Shown: in pieces, positions 1 to 10,000 of the stretch
How positions within the stretch are numbered: position 1 is the first letter of the stretch
Layout: every line of letters begins with the position of its first letter
The notes under the pieces: model-generated
Told to the model about the DNA's origin: nothing
What the model saw: only the letters and a program-made list of their open reading frames with translations
Database searches by the model: none
Translations under genes and position numbers: made by a program
Origin: a bacterium
GTDB lineage: Bacteria; Zhuqueibacterota; Zhuqueibacteria; Oceanimicrobiales; Oceanimicrobiaceae
Direction: 5' to 3'
Length of the DNA stretch: 64,000 nucleotides
Assembly (NCBI GenBank): GCA_046757025.1
Contig: JBHHXN010000007.1
Coordinates: forward strand, 13,842 to 77,841

Positions 1-246
1 TTCCAGATCCTTTTCAGTGATGGTCTGATCCCTGGAAACCATCAAGGTCAACTCGTAAAATATTTTTTGTATTTTCTCGATCTCTTCAGGCGGGCCTTCC
101 AGAATTATTTCTGTACCGCGGGCTACAATTTTTGAGTCGAAATGCGCATCGATTTTATTCAGATTTTGGTCCTGAAAGCCAAAAAGTTTTAATTGATCAA
201 TCCCTTTGATGGAAATTCTTTTCTTGATAGTTGTTTTCGTTACCAA
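1..246 (-). CDS. phoH: PhoH-like protein, N-terminal part (runs off the window)
   Basis: Not in the ORF track. Manual translation from TTG at 246: MVTKTTIKKRISIKGIDQLKLFGFQDQNLNKIDAHFDSKIVARGTEIILEG..., resembling the N-terminal region of PhoH/YbeZ (LFGxxDxNL...IVARG). Confidence 0.7.
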   Translation of the reverse strand, partial: MVTKTTIKKRISIKGIDQLKLFGFQDQNLNKIDAHFDSKIVARGTEIILEGPPEEIEKIQKIFYELTLMVSRDQTITEKDLE

Positions 247-273
247 AATAATTTCGAAAGTGAGTTGATGATT

Positions 274-328
274 AAAAAAAAGCTCTTGAAACGTTCTGCC
301 GCTATGGCCTACGCTTCAAGAGCTTTTT
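274..328 (-). terminator. Rho-independent terminator, probably bidirectional
   Basis: Inverted repeat AAAAAGCTCTTGAA...TTCAAGAGCTTTTT with A/T tracts on both sides. Confidence 0.7.
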
Positions 329-432
329 ATCTAATTGTAAGCTTTACAATAATTAATTGAATACCACACAAACTCCAAGCGACAGCTCCAAGTTTGTGTT
401 GATTAAAATTCGATATCAATCCCAATCTTAGA

Positions 433-480
433 TAAAAAAGCAGGTCACGAGCAATGACATCCCAACTCATCAACCTGCTA
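433..480 (-). terminator. Terminator-like hairpin downstream of the LysM gene
   Basis: Minus strand AGCAGGT...ACCTGCT followed by a T-tract. Confidence 0.55.
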
Positions 481-528
481 AGTACATTAAGACGTTTCGC
501 AAAGCACCACCGCAAAACTTTGAATTTA

Positions 529-1377
529 CTACCGAGGAAGCTTTAACACTTGATATGGATAAATTAAACTAGGTTCGTCACCGATGACGTCTTTATTGGC
601 TTCATAAATTTGACGCCATTTGGTGGGGTCACCCATAACATCCATACTCCCAGCAATCTTGGAAAGATTATCACCGGGTCCCACTAAAATTTCGTTTGGT
701 CCGTTTTCTCTGTGAATTTTAAAAATTTGATCGGGATAAATTAAGTCGGGATCCTTAATCTGATCTTTGTTGTAAGAATAGATACGGACCCACTGTAAGG
801 GATCGCCGTAAATGTCGGATTTTTTCGATACTTTCCAGAGATAATCACCGCGAACCACGGTATATTCATCGTACATGCCTTTGGGCATTTTCGCTCTGAG
901 CTGAGCAATTTTACCTTCCAGCGCTGCAATTTTATTTCGCATTTCAGTCAAAACAGAAATTCGATTGTTTTTATGTTCTTGCAGACTTTCTTCAATTGCG
1001 TCCAGCTCTTTGCGTCTTTTAAAGAGTTCTTCCGGGGAAAGCGCACCCAGAGAATTCAACTGCCTGTCCATGTCATTTAATTGCTGGCGGTATGCATTAA
1101 CATCGGCCTCGGTGACGCCGATGGCTTTATATATCTCAGCCCAAACATCTTTGGTCTGACTATCAACATCCGCCTTTTGCGATTTGAGCGCTTCTATTTC
1201 GCCGTCTAATTTTGCAATTTCATCTTGTGCTGCCCTCTCGCGATTTGCCCACTCTTGTAATTGAGTATTACACTCATCCATGGTCATTTCTTGAGCCAGA
1301 CAAACATTCGGTCCAACGAATATTAAAAGAGCAACAAATAAAGAACAGGCAAAAAGCGTTTTTGCCACAGCTTTCAT
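529..1377 (-). CDS. Secreted coiled-coil protein with two C-terminal LysM domains
   Basis: Signal peptide, long heptad coiled coil, two LysM motifs (YTVVRGDYLWK...DPDLIYPDQ; VGPGDNLSKIA...PSLIYPYQVL). Confidence 0.85.
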   Translation of the reverse strand: MKAVAKTLFACSLFVALLIFVGPNVCLAQEMTMDECNTQLQEWANRERAAQDEIAKLDGEIEALKSQKADVDSQTKDVWAEIYKAIGVTEADVNAYRQQLNDMDRQLNSLGALSPEELFKRRKELDAIEESLQEHKNNRISVLTEMRNKIAALEGKIAQLRAKMPKGMYDEYTVVRGDYLWKVSKKSDIYGDPLQWVRIYSYNKDQIKDPDLIYPDQIFKIHRENGPNEILVGPGDNLSKIAGSMDVMGDPTKWRQIYEANKDVIGDEPSLIYPYQVLKLPR

Positions 1378-1417
1378 GTTTACCCTCCTTATTTCAAAAT
1401 TAAAATGTCATTCTCAA

Positions 1418-1699
1418 TTACTGAGCAAGTCGTTGTTTAACTGCTTCTAATTCAGCTTTTGCGTCTTGTAATTCTTTTCTTTTTTGATTGAGTTCACTTT
1501 CTACTTTACTCTTTTCCCTCCGCCTTTCTTCCAGAGTGTTTTCTGCAGAAAGCGCTGCATTTTTTTGTTCCTCTAATGCCTGTAACTGTTCTGCGTTAGG
1601 ATGCTTGGTACATCCCACAAAAGAGAAAAAAGACATTACAAATATCGCAACCAACAATAACACAAAACCTTTTGAAGATTTTCTCATCGATTCTTTCAC
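1418..1699 (-). CDS. Small coiled-coil lipoprotein
   Basis: Basic N-terminus, hydrophobic stretch, lipobox-like FVGC, then a charged coiled coil. Confidence 0.75.
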   Translation of the reverse strand: MKESMRKSSKGFVLLLVAIFVMSFFSFVGCTKHPNAEQLQALEEQKNAALSAENTLEERRREKSKVESELNQKRKELQDAKAELEAVKQRLAQ

Positions 1700-1793
1700 C
1701 TCCTTCCAGAATTTGAAATTTAATTCGTAAATAATTTGCCAGTGGTGAATGTATTAGCCAAGATACTTGAATAGTATTTTTACAATACCTCGC

Positions 1794-1822
1794 ATATTAA
1801 CAAAAAAAATGCTAATTGTCAA
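1794..1822 (-). promoter_or_regulatory. Sigma70-type promoter for the lipoprotein-LysM operon
   Basis: TTGACA-17 nt-TAATAT on the minus strand. Confidence 0.55.
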
Positions 1823-1835
1823 GAAAAAAATCGAC

Positions 1836-3614
1836 TTAGGTTAATTTCAATCCCAATTCGTCCAGTTGCCGTTTTGAAACTTCTGAAGGCGCCCCATCCA
1901 TCAACGATAGTGCGCTGTTTGTTTTCGGAAAAGCGATGACGTCGCGGATGGATTTCGCCTTTGCTAATAACATGACCAGGCGATCAAATCCAAAAGCAAT
2001 TCCCCCGTGGGGCGGGGCTCCAAACTCAAATGCATCTAACAAAAAACCAAATTTACTTTTGGCTTCTTTCTCCTGAATATTTAACAAACGAAACATTTTA
2101 TTTTGCAACTGGCGATCATGTATTCGAATGCTGCCGCCTGCGATTTCGTAACCGTTTAAAACCAGGTCATAAGCCTTTGCTCTGACGGCTTCAGGCTGCT
2201 TGTCTAACAATGGTAGATCCTCATCCATTGGCGCGGTGAAAGGATGATGACGTGCAACATAACGCTTCTCCTCTTCATCGTACTCAAAAAGCGGGAATTC
2301 AACAATCCAGACCAGCCGAAATTCGTCTTCCGGGATCAGTTGTTCATCGTGTGCCAGAATCAATCTTAACGTGCCCGCCAGAGTCAATGCTTTCATTTTT
2401 TCATCCGCGAATAAAAAAATCATGTCCCCGGCCTTTGCAGAAAAAGCGTTGTTGATTTTATGAATGGCCTTTTCCGAGAAAAACTTGCTGAGAGATGAGT
2501 CCCAGCCACTGTCTGAGACTTTGATAGCCACTAATCCCCTGGCGCCTTCTACCAGCATTTTTTTCGTCAAATCATCTACCCGTTTTCGCGAATATTTGGC
2601 GCCTCCGGGTAACAGCAATCCGCAAACGATTCCGCCATTTTTCAGATTTTCATCAAAAACTTGAAATCGGCTATCTGCAACCAGCTCGCTGATATTCTGA
2701 ATTTTCATATCAATGCGGATGTCGGGTTTATCGGTGCCATAGGTAGTGATGGCTTGTTCGTAACTCATGCGCGGTATGGGGCGCGGCACCGGTAAATCTA
2801 AAACATCTTTAAACACGCTGATCATCAACTGCTCAACCATATTCAACACATCGTCCCGTTCCACAAACGACATTTCCACATCAATTTGCGTAAACTCCGG
2901 CTGACGGTCGGCGCGCAGATCCTCATCACGAAAACAGCGAACAATTTGAAAATAGCGATCCATACCCGCCACCATGAGAATCTGTTTGTAGGTTTGCGGA
3001 CTTTGTGGCAGCGCATAAAATTTTCCATGGTGAATGCGACTCGGCACTAAATAATCCCGGGCGCCTTCGGGGGTACTGCGCATGAGTGAGGGAGTCTCGA
3101 CTTCCACAAAATCGTGGCTGTTAAAAAAGGACCGCACCGCCTCATAGGATTTTGCACGCAACAAGAGATTATTTTTCATGAAAGAACTTCTTAAATCGAG
3201 ATAGCGATATTTTAAACGCAATTCTTCGGAAGTACTCTTGTTGTCATCGATACCAAATGGGGGAGTTTTTGCGGGGTTGAGTATTTTCAAGCCGATGACA
3301 GAAACCTCAATCTTCCCGGTCGCTAAATTCGGATTGACTAAATCCTCTGGTCTTCTTTCAACCAAACCCTTAATCGCGATGACGAATTCACCTCTCAAAT
3401 CTTTGGCTTTCTGATAGGCTTCTGAGTCCACTCTTGGATCAAAGACAATTTGAGTTATGCCGTAGCGATCACGTAAGTCGATAAAAATCAATTTACCATG
3501 ATCCCGGCGCCGATGCACCCAGCCCATCAAAATGACTTCATCGTTTTCGTTGGACTCGTTTAAAACACCGCAAGTATGGGTTCTTTTCCAACCCTCCAGT
3601 TTTTCCAAATTCAC
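1836..3614 (-). CDS. aspS: Aspartate--tRNA ligase
   Basis: RTHTCG N-terminus, OB fold, class II motifs FRDEDLRADRQPEFTQ and PPHGGIAFGFDR. Confidence 0.98.
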   Translation of the reverse strand: MNLEKLEGWKRTHTCGVLNESNENDEVILMGWVHRRRDHGKLIFIDLRDRYGITQIVFDPRVDSEAYQKAKDLRGEFVIAIKGLVERRPEDLVNPNLATGKIEVSVIGLKILNPAKTPPFGIDDNKSTSEELRLKYRYLDLRSSFMKNNLLLRAKSYEAVRSFFNSHDFVEVETPSLMRSTPEGARDYLVPSRIHHGKFYALPQSPQTYKQILMVAGMDRYFQIVRCFRDEDLRADRQPEFTQIDVEMSFVERDDVLNMVEQLMISVFKDVLDLPVPRPIPRMSYEQAITTYGTDKPDIRIDMKIQNISELVADSRFQVFDENLKNGGIVCGLLLPGGAKYSRKRVDDLTKKMLVEGARGLVAIKVSDSGWDSSLSKFFSEKAIHKINNAFSAKAGDMIFLFADEKMKALTLAGTLRLILAHDEQLIPEDEFRLVWIVEFPLFEYDEEEKRYVARHHPFTAPMDEDLPLLDKQPEAVRAKAYDLVLNGYEIAGGSIRIHDRQLQNKMFRLLNIQEKEAKSKFGFLLDAFEFGAPPHGGIAFGFDRLVMLLAKAKSIRDVIAFPKTNSALSLMDGAPSEVSKRQLDELGLKLT

Positions 3615-3672
3615 TTACCTCCTTTTATTACAATTAGTTGGCGAAACATCATTCACTAATTTAACAATAAAA

Positions 3673-3708
3673 TAAAAAACCGCCATAAAAATCTTCAAAA
3701 TGGCGGTT
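3673..3708 (-). terminator. Rho-independent terminator after the TonB-like gene
   Basis: AACCGCCAT...ATGGCGGTT stem followed by a T-run on the minus strand. Confidence 0.65.
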
Positions 3709-3751
3709 AAATTTAGTATGTGGAGGAGGAAAATCTCTCAACTTTCAGGTT

Positions 3752-4846
3752 TCAGTAACCAAAGGCATAAACCTGGCGAATGGTGGTATCGCCGTAGGAG
3801 GGTTCAACAGAACCGAAATCAGACCATCTTCGGATCCGGCTCAAAACACACTGTTCAATTTTTCGGTTATTCAGTGTTGAAGAAACGATGTGTGCATTTT
3901 TTATGACACCCTGGGCAGTAATCGTAAATCGAATGACTACCTTGCCTTTTAAGTTGGGGTTGCGTCGCAGCTGCTTCTCATAACAATATTGGATGGATTT
4001 ATTATGTTTGACCACCACCGCCTGGATCAAATTTTGATCCCGACCCTTTACCGGAGTTTTACCATCTCCTTCAATTAACGGCGCTTCATTGACGACCATT
4101 AAATCTCCGCTGCGCTTGAAGGATTCGGTTTTAGTTTTACCCAGCTCTCCGACCAGGTCATCGATATTGCCACCGCTTTTTTTACGGCCACCTTTTACCC
4201 GGCCTCCGGCTTTCCCATAACTGCTGCCGCCGCCATTCAATCCACCGCTTGAAGTGGTTGCGGTCAAATTTGACAGCACTTTATCTAAATCGTGTTGCGA
4301 CTGATTGGTATTGACGATAATATCCTCAACTTCACTACCCTGTGCAATCGAGCTGGTGGTGGTTAGCAAACCCAGAAGGCCTTTTGAGCCCACGTTCTTT
4401 GCAATTTCCTTGGCCGTTCTGACTTTTTTAGCCGGTCTACCACGTTTTGATTTGGCAGTAACCGTTCTTTTCTTGCTGCCAGATTTTTTGGATTGTGATT
4501 TCTTCTGCGCTACTTTTGGTGCAGTGGGCTTCTCCTTTTTTTCGACCTTTTTTTCTTTCCTTTTATGTTCGGAATCGGGAAATTCAAATTTAGCCTGGCG
4601 ATTGGTCAATTCCACTTTCTTGCCAGTGATTGCTCGCGCCAAATTTTCTTGAATTTTTGCAATCTTACTTAACTTGTGTTCTTTGGAAATGGGATTAGCT
4701 AAAAAGTAACAAACCAGTAGAATGTGTACGGTTAAAGAGCTAAGCAAGATCGAATAAAACCGTTTATCTATTCTATCGGATAATGTTTTGCGAAAATCTT
4801 TTTGATTGTCCTGCGACTTGAGCTCAAAAGTATCAAATTCGCTCAT
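3752..4846 (-). CDS. TonB-family protein with AgmX/PglI (GltG-like) C-terminal domain
   Basis: Single TM with SxxxH (SLTVH), Lys-rich linker, Gly-rich region, C-terminal IQYCYEKQLRRNPNLKGKVVIRFTI...CVLSRIRRW. Confidence 0.85.
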   Translation of the reverse strand: MSEFDTFELKSQDNQKDFRKTLSDRIDKRFYSILLSSLTVHILLVCYFLANPISKEHKLSKIAKIQENLARAITGKKVELTNRQAKFEFPDSEHKRKEKKVEKKEKPTAPKVAQKKSQSKKSGSKKRTVTAKSKRGRPAKKVRTAKEIAKNVGSKGLLGLLTTTSSIAQGSEVEDIIVNTNQSQHDLDKVLSNLTATTSSGGLNGGGSSYGKAGGRVKGGRKKSGGNIDDLVGELGKTKTESFKRSGDLMVVNEAPLIEGDGKTPVKGRDQNLIQAVVVKHNKSIQYCYEKQLRRNPNLKGKVVIRFTITAQGVIKNAHIVSSTLNNRKIEQCVLSRIRRWSDFGSVEPSYGDTTIRQVYAFGY

Positions 4847-4903
4847 AATAATTCCTTCAGTAGCTATTAGTACAGGTTCAAAAAATCCATTCTAATTGAT
4901 AGT

Positions 4904-5398
4904 TCAAGTGCCCTTGTTGTAAACCACCAGACGCATATTGGGATATTCAGCCGAACCGCAAGTAGCCATGACTTTTACCAAATTTTTATATTCGATACTT
5001 TGATCGCCCTGAATGGTCACCTTACCCGAAAAGGGAATGCCGAATTGAGCCTCCATTTTTTTTGCCCGTTGAGCATGGTGCAACAAAGCCTGTTGCAGCG
5101 GTTCAATAATAAATCCCTTTTGATTGGTAACTTGTTCGTATTTGAGCACGACTTTGCTGTTCAGCAATATGACGTCCTTGGAAACCACTAAATCCAGCGC
5201 AGTTTCCGGCGGATTCTGAATTGTGCTCTTGGGAAGGGTCAAAGACTCGGACGGCTGAATTAGTTGACCTTCGGTTGCGTAGGTCTTCAGCAGAAAAACT
5301 AAAATAATCGTGAACATATCCATCATGGAAGTGAGGTTCAACTTCGCCACATTTTGTGGACTATAATGCTTTTTAATACGCGACGGAATATAAGCCAT
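4904..5398 (-). CDS. ExbD/TolR family protein (AglS-like)
   Basis: LNLTSMMDMFTIILVFLLK TM with conserved Asp27; IQGDQSIEY...VMAT periplasmic motif. Confidence 0.9.
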   Translation of the reverse strand: MAYIPSRIKKHYSPQNVAKLNLTSMMDMFTIILVFLLKTYATEGQLIQPSESLTLPKSTIQNPPETALDLVVSKDVILLNSKVVLKYEQVTNQKGFIIEPLQQALLHHAQRAKKMEAQFGIPFSGKVTIQGDQSIEYKNLVKVMATCGSAEYPNMRLVVYNKGT

Positions 5399-5454
5399 GA
5401 ATTCTCCAAAATTGATTAATTAACCTTCCGAAATGCCACTCATACTTTTCACCG

Positions 5455-5988
5455 TCACAATGTGACGGCGCTAAGAGAAACATTGGGGAACAAACCAATG
5501 ATTTCACCATCCAATTTGATCATCCGAGTTGCGTCCATAGTGCTAACCAACGTCTGGTAATCGATGGATGCTTCCGCCTGAATAATCACCGAATCGGTAT
5601 CTTTGAAGCGTCCTTTGGCCTTTTTCTTGATTTCATAGAGCTGCTTCGTCAGCAGCGCGTAATCGAATTGACCATTTTTAAGCGGAATGGAAGGACCGTG
5701 ATCTCTATTTTTTAGAATGGCTTGTGAACTGGACACATAAAATCCCTGATCGGTGATGGTCACAGCCAGATCTAATTTGAGTTCCTTCTCCTTGTTTTGC
5801 GTGGTTTCCAAGGACTTGGCGCCTTTCGCTGGAGGCAGATTGAGCTCAATGACACTGAGCCGAATTAACTGTGCAGAAGAAAGAAGCAGCGGGATGAGCA
5901 CGACCATCAAATTCATGATCGGCGTCATATTGGGTTCCGCCTCTTCCACTATTACACGGGTTCGACGAAGTGAAGGTCGGTATGCCAC
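5455..5988 (-). CDS. ExbD/TolR family protein (AglQ-like)
   Basis: PNMTPIMNLMVVLIPLLL TM; IIQAEASIDYQTLVSTMDA motif. Confidence 0.88.
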   Translation of the reverse strand: MAYRPSLRRTRVIVEEAEPNMTPIMNLMVVLIPLLLSSAQLIRLSVIELNLPPAKGAKSLETTQNKEKELKLDLAVTITDQGFYVSSSQAILKNRDHGPSIPLKNGQFDYALLTKQLYEIKKKAKGRFKDTDSVIIQAEASIDYQTLVSTMDATRMIKLDGEIIGLFPNVSLSAVTL

Positions 5989-5991
5989 GGT

Positions 5992-6642
5992 TTATTTATC
6001 TCCTGTCAGTAAATTAATTAATTTCACCGTGTGTTCATCGATTTCATCAATGATACGCACGGTTTTGTTGTGAATAAAGGTATAGAACAAAATGGCCGGC
6101 ACCGCAATCGACAGCCCCAGAAGGGTGGTGTTCATGGCGGTAGAAATGCCCGCAGCTAAAAACGCCGATTTCTGCGCGGCATCAAAGCCGGCTTCTGAGA
6201 CAGCGCTGAAAGCCAAAATCAGGCCGTAAATCGTACCCATCAATCCGATCAAAGTCGCCACGTTGCCGATCATCGCTAAAAAACCCGTACGCTCTTGCAG
6301 CTTGGGAATCACTTCCAGCGTGCCCTCGTCCACCGAGTTTTGGATGGCACGAAAATCCACTTTTTCTGTGCTTGCCACCTTGCGCAAACCCGCGCTAACC
6401 ACTTTAGGCAAAGCTTTGTCGTGCACGGCATCGCACAGCTCGATGGCCTTTTTAAATTCACCGGCTTTCACGTATTTTCTGATTTCCGCCATGAAAGCAT
6501 TTGAATTGATATTCGACTTGATTAAAACATAATAGGCTCTTTCCAGAGCGATGGCAATCATAAAAGCCGCAGTAAACAACAAGGCCCACATAAATAACCA
6601 GCCAGAAGCACCAGGACGAAAATGTTCAAATAAATCAGCCAT
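5992..6642 (-). CDS. MotA/TolQ/ExbB proton-channel protein (AglR-like)
   Basis: Three TMs; ATLIGLMGTIYGLI and GISTAMNTTLLGLSIAVPA motifs. Confidence 0.93.
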   Translation of the reverse strand: MADLFEHFRPGASGWLFMWALLFTAAFMIAIALERAYYVLIKSNINSNAFMAEIRKYVKAGEFKKAIELCDAVHDKALPKVVSAGLRKVASTEKVDFRAIQNSVDEGTLEVIPKLQERTGFLAMIGNVATLIGLMGTIYGLILAFSAVSEAGFDAAQKSAFLAAGISTAMNTTLLGLSIAVPAILFYTFIHNKTVRIIDEIDEHTVKLINLLTGDK

Positions 6643-6673
6643 AATTTTTATCTCCTACGATTAATTCATTTTT

Positions 6674-7024
6674 TTATGGAATTTCTTTCTCAAGAAGTTT
6701 TTTCAAATCACTTATCGTTTTGATTTTCGCGTAATCCACTTCGATTGCTTTAAGTGCTTCCGGAGCGGATTTCAGCTCATTTAAGAAAGAACGGTCGATG
6801 AATTCAATCTCCTCGAATTTAGATTCCATCCGTTTTGGCAGCACATAAACATTGGGTTTTTCAATGATGGCTTCAATGACGATTTCTTCCAGAATGATTT
6901 CATTTTTTAATTTTTTGATATCTTTTATGTCTGCCACATTCGAAGAATCCGCCTGCGCGAAGGCATTTGCCGCACTCACTCCGAATATTATAATCAAAAA
7001 CAAAATGGCACATCTTCCTATCAT
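6674..7024 (-). CDS. Small secreted protein, GltF/CglF-like
   Basis: Signal peptide; motif IILEEIVIEAIIEKPNVYVLPKR...DRSFLNELK and its position between the TPR genes and tolQ resemble GltF. Confidence 0.55.
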   Translation of the reverse strand: MIGRCAILFLIIIFGVSAANAFAQADSSNVADIKDIKKLKNEIILEEIVIEAIIEKPNVYVLPKRMESKFEEIEFIDRSFLNELKSAPEALKAIEVDYAKIKTISDLKKLLEKEIP

Positions 7025-7052
7025 TGCCGTCTCCTTGTCAATAGTTTCACGT

Positions 7053-10000
7053 TCAATTCATATCCAGGTTTTGAGAGTTTCTTACATTTTCCTGCTCTAA
7101 TTCATGGCGCAGTTTCGACCAATCCGGCATATTTTTAATCTCAAGCACTGCTTCGAAATGGCCATGTGAGCTGTCGGAATCAAATGCCTCCACGGCCAAT
7201 ACGTTGCGACCACTTTTTACATATTCCAGAATATTGAAATGGTGGGTTTTTAAATTTTGTTCTTGTCCATGGCGATATTCAGCTATTTTTTGGCCGTTCA
7301 AGTAAAGAAAAAATGAATCATCCACAAAAAGCTGTAACATGCCCGACACCGGCAGGCCTGCTACGTCAAAGGATTTACGAAAATACACTTTTTCTGGTCG
7401 AATAAGGACTTTAGATAGCTTATCAATTGGTTGCGTGCTTTCGGTTGAAATTTGTCCTAACAGATTGCTCGAATCCTGCTCAGTAAGTTGACTCTTATCG
7501 ATATTTACAAACCAGATGGCGTTGGTGCCGTTGCCGGTCAGTCCCTTGGCGGGGCCCTCATTGTAAGCATGATTCCAGAGCGTGTCCGGAAAATCTGGTT
7601 CGGTCCAGCCCGGAACAAATTCTGATGCCGCAAACCAGTTGGAGCCGGTATGAATCATTTCGGTTTCAATGTTTAATTTCAGTTTGTTAGCAAACTCTTC
7701 CGGTTTTTTCATTACCAGCGCTAAAATAATTTTTCGACTCCATTGATTATTTAATTTAAATTCCTGACCGATGGTTAAGCCATTTTCCAGCACTTCCTGC
7801 GAACCGTCCACAAGCGCAAAATATTGTTCGTCGAAATTCAATGAAGCTTCATCGAAGTCCGTATTATCGGTGTTCTTGAAAAGCTCTTGAAAATACAAGC
7901 GCTGCGCATTTGCCATCAATGCCAGGGAATCCGCAATGGTGCTAAAATTAAAAACAGCTTTCATCACATTTTCTTCAGCCCTTTTGGCTTCGGGAGTCTG
8001 AATGTTTAACTTACGCACCTGCTGAATATTCTCGCGGTAACTCTGAATCATGGACGCTGCGGTTTTTCTGCTCAAGTCAAGGTAGTTCAACATTTGCTCG
8101 GCCACATCAAAAGCGGCCTCGTCGCCACTTTTGACCACACGTTTGTAAGATTCGATCAAATCGCCATACGCGTTTAAAGCTCCAAAACTAATTTTTTGGA
8201 ATTCCTGAGCGGATATTGTGCCGGCCGCCAGCAATTTTTTCTTGGACTTTTCAATCCACGGATTGTCCAAATCCAGAGCTCGGCCTTCCTGGATGTTGCG
8301 AATGTGCGCATCCGTGATTTCACGGAGAACAGGGCTTATGACTTTCTCAATTAATTGATTTCGATAGATTAACAACTCCAACTTGTCCAAACCTGGTGGG
8401 TTAATAGCGGTCAATAATTGACTGACTGTTTTGTCGTTTATCTCAGCTATGGCGTAGAGATTTTCTGAAATTTTGTTTTGACATTTTTCGATCCACCCTT
8501 CGGCAACCGACAGCGTGGAATCATCGGAAATTTTTGTTCGAGAATAATCATCGTGGTTATTAGCCGCTACGGACTTGCGGTAGGAGTCCGAAATTTTGGT
8601 CAGGGTTTTCACACCTTCTTTGTACGTTTTCACGGCTTTTTCAAAAAGTTCTGCCGATACCTTGTTGACTTCTTTTTGCGCCAGGATACGTTGATTATCA
8701 TTTGTAGTAAAAATTTCCTGCTCGGCCCAGGTTTTCGCAAACTCTTCATAAGCCAATCCCTGGCAATAGGTGGCCTCGTAAAGTCGGATGGTGCCTGCAC
8801 TGATCACTTTGCCGTAGTTATCAAGCAAATCCAACAACATTGCCTTCTTTTTTGCTTTATTTTGCACCACATATTGCGGGGAAATATTGAAGCGTATGCT
8901 CTGAAATTCCTTGAACTTAATTTTGGTAAGCTGATACAACGCTTCTACCGCAAAGAAGTCGTTTGTGGGTCTGTCCCGCTGTTTCAGATAATTGTTTTTG
9001 TTGATGGCTTTCTCAAATTCCGTTTTGGCTTCAACTGTGCGGTTGTTGTCCAGAAAATACTTGCCGCGATGGAATAAGGCTTCTACGACGCCGGGTGAAT
9101 CCGGATATTTCCGCGCAAACTCATCGTAAATTTTATTGGCCTGTTGAATGTCGTTCAATTTTAAATAATAGCTGGCATTGTTGAACAACAGATTATCCGC
9201 ATCCTCTGCTTTTGGAAATCGCTCAACAAATCGGGTGTTGATTCTTATCGCTTGCTGCCAATCTTCAGCCTCCACATAAGAAACGCTGGCATTGTACAAA
9301 GCAATCTCTGCCTGTTTTTCATCTGTTTGTAAATTGGCCAGCTTTTCGTAGGTCACCGCTGCCTTGTGGAAATCTTTCATTTCACGATAATCAAAAGCCA
9401 GATTGTTTAACGCATTGAGATAGTGTTTGGAATTTGGATAGTTTTGGATCAGCAGTTTGTAACTGGTGACCGCTTTTTCAAATTCACTGGCTTTTTTGTA
9501 TTCTATGGCAGAATTGTATAAAGCCAAATCGGCAAATTCAGCCGTTGGAGCTTCCTGGAGCACGCGTAAATACTCTTCTGCAGCCATCACATGCTGAGAG
9601 GAGCCCGAGTACGCTTTCGCTTTCAGAAAGATGGATTCTGCCAATCGCGCCGTGGCTTTAGTGCGGTATTGCGGATCTTCATTCCGCAATCTTTTGGCAA
9701 TGATTTCAGTGCTCTCAAAATCGCCCTTACCAAAATAACTTTCCATGATAACAAACTGCGCATCTCTGGCTTCCGGGCTATCCGGAAAATGCTTCAGCAA
9801 GGTTTTATTGTACATCAAAGACTCGGTGAACTGATGCTTTTCATAATACAAGGCGCCCGCTCGTGCTAATATTTTTGCTGTCCCTGGTTCATGCGGAAAA
9901 AGCCGGATGTAATTGTCCAGAGCAAAAGCTAATTTCTTTTCCTCTGCCGACAATTCCTGTCGCGAAATTTCTTTGCCCATTTGTAATTCCGGCCCGCTTT

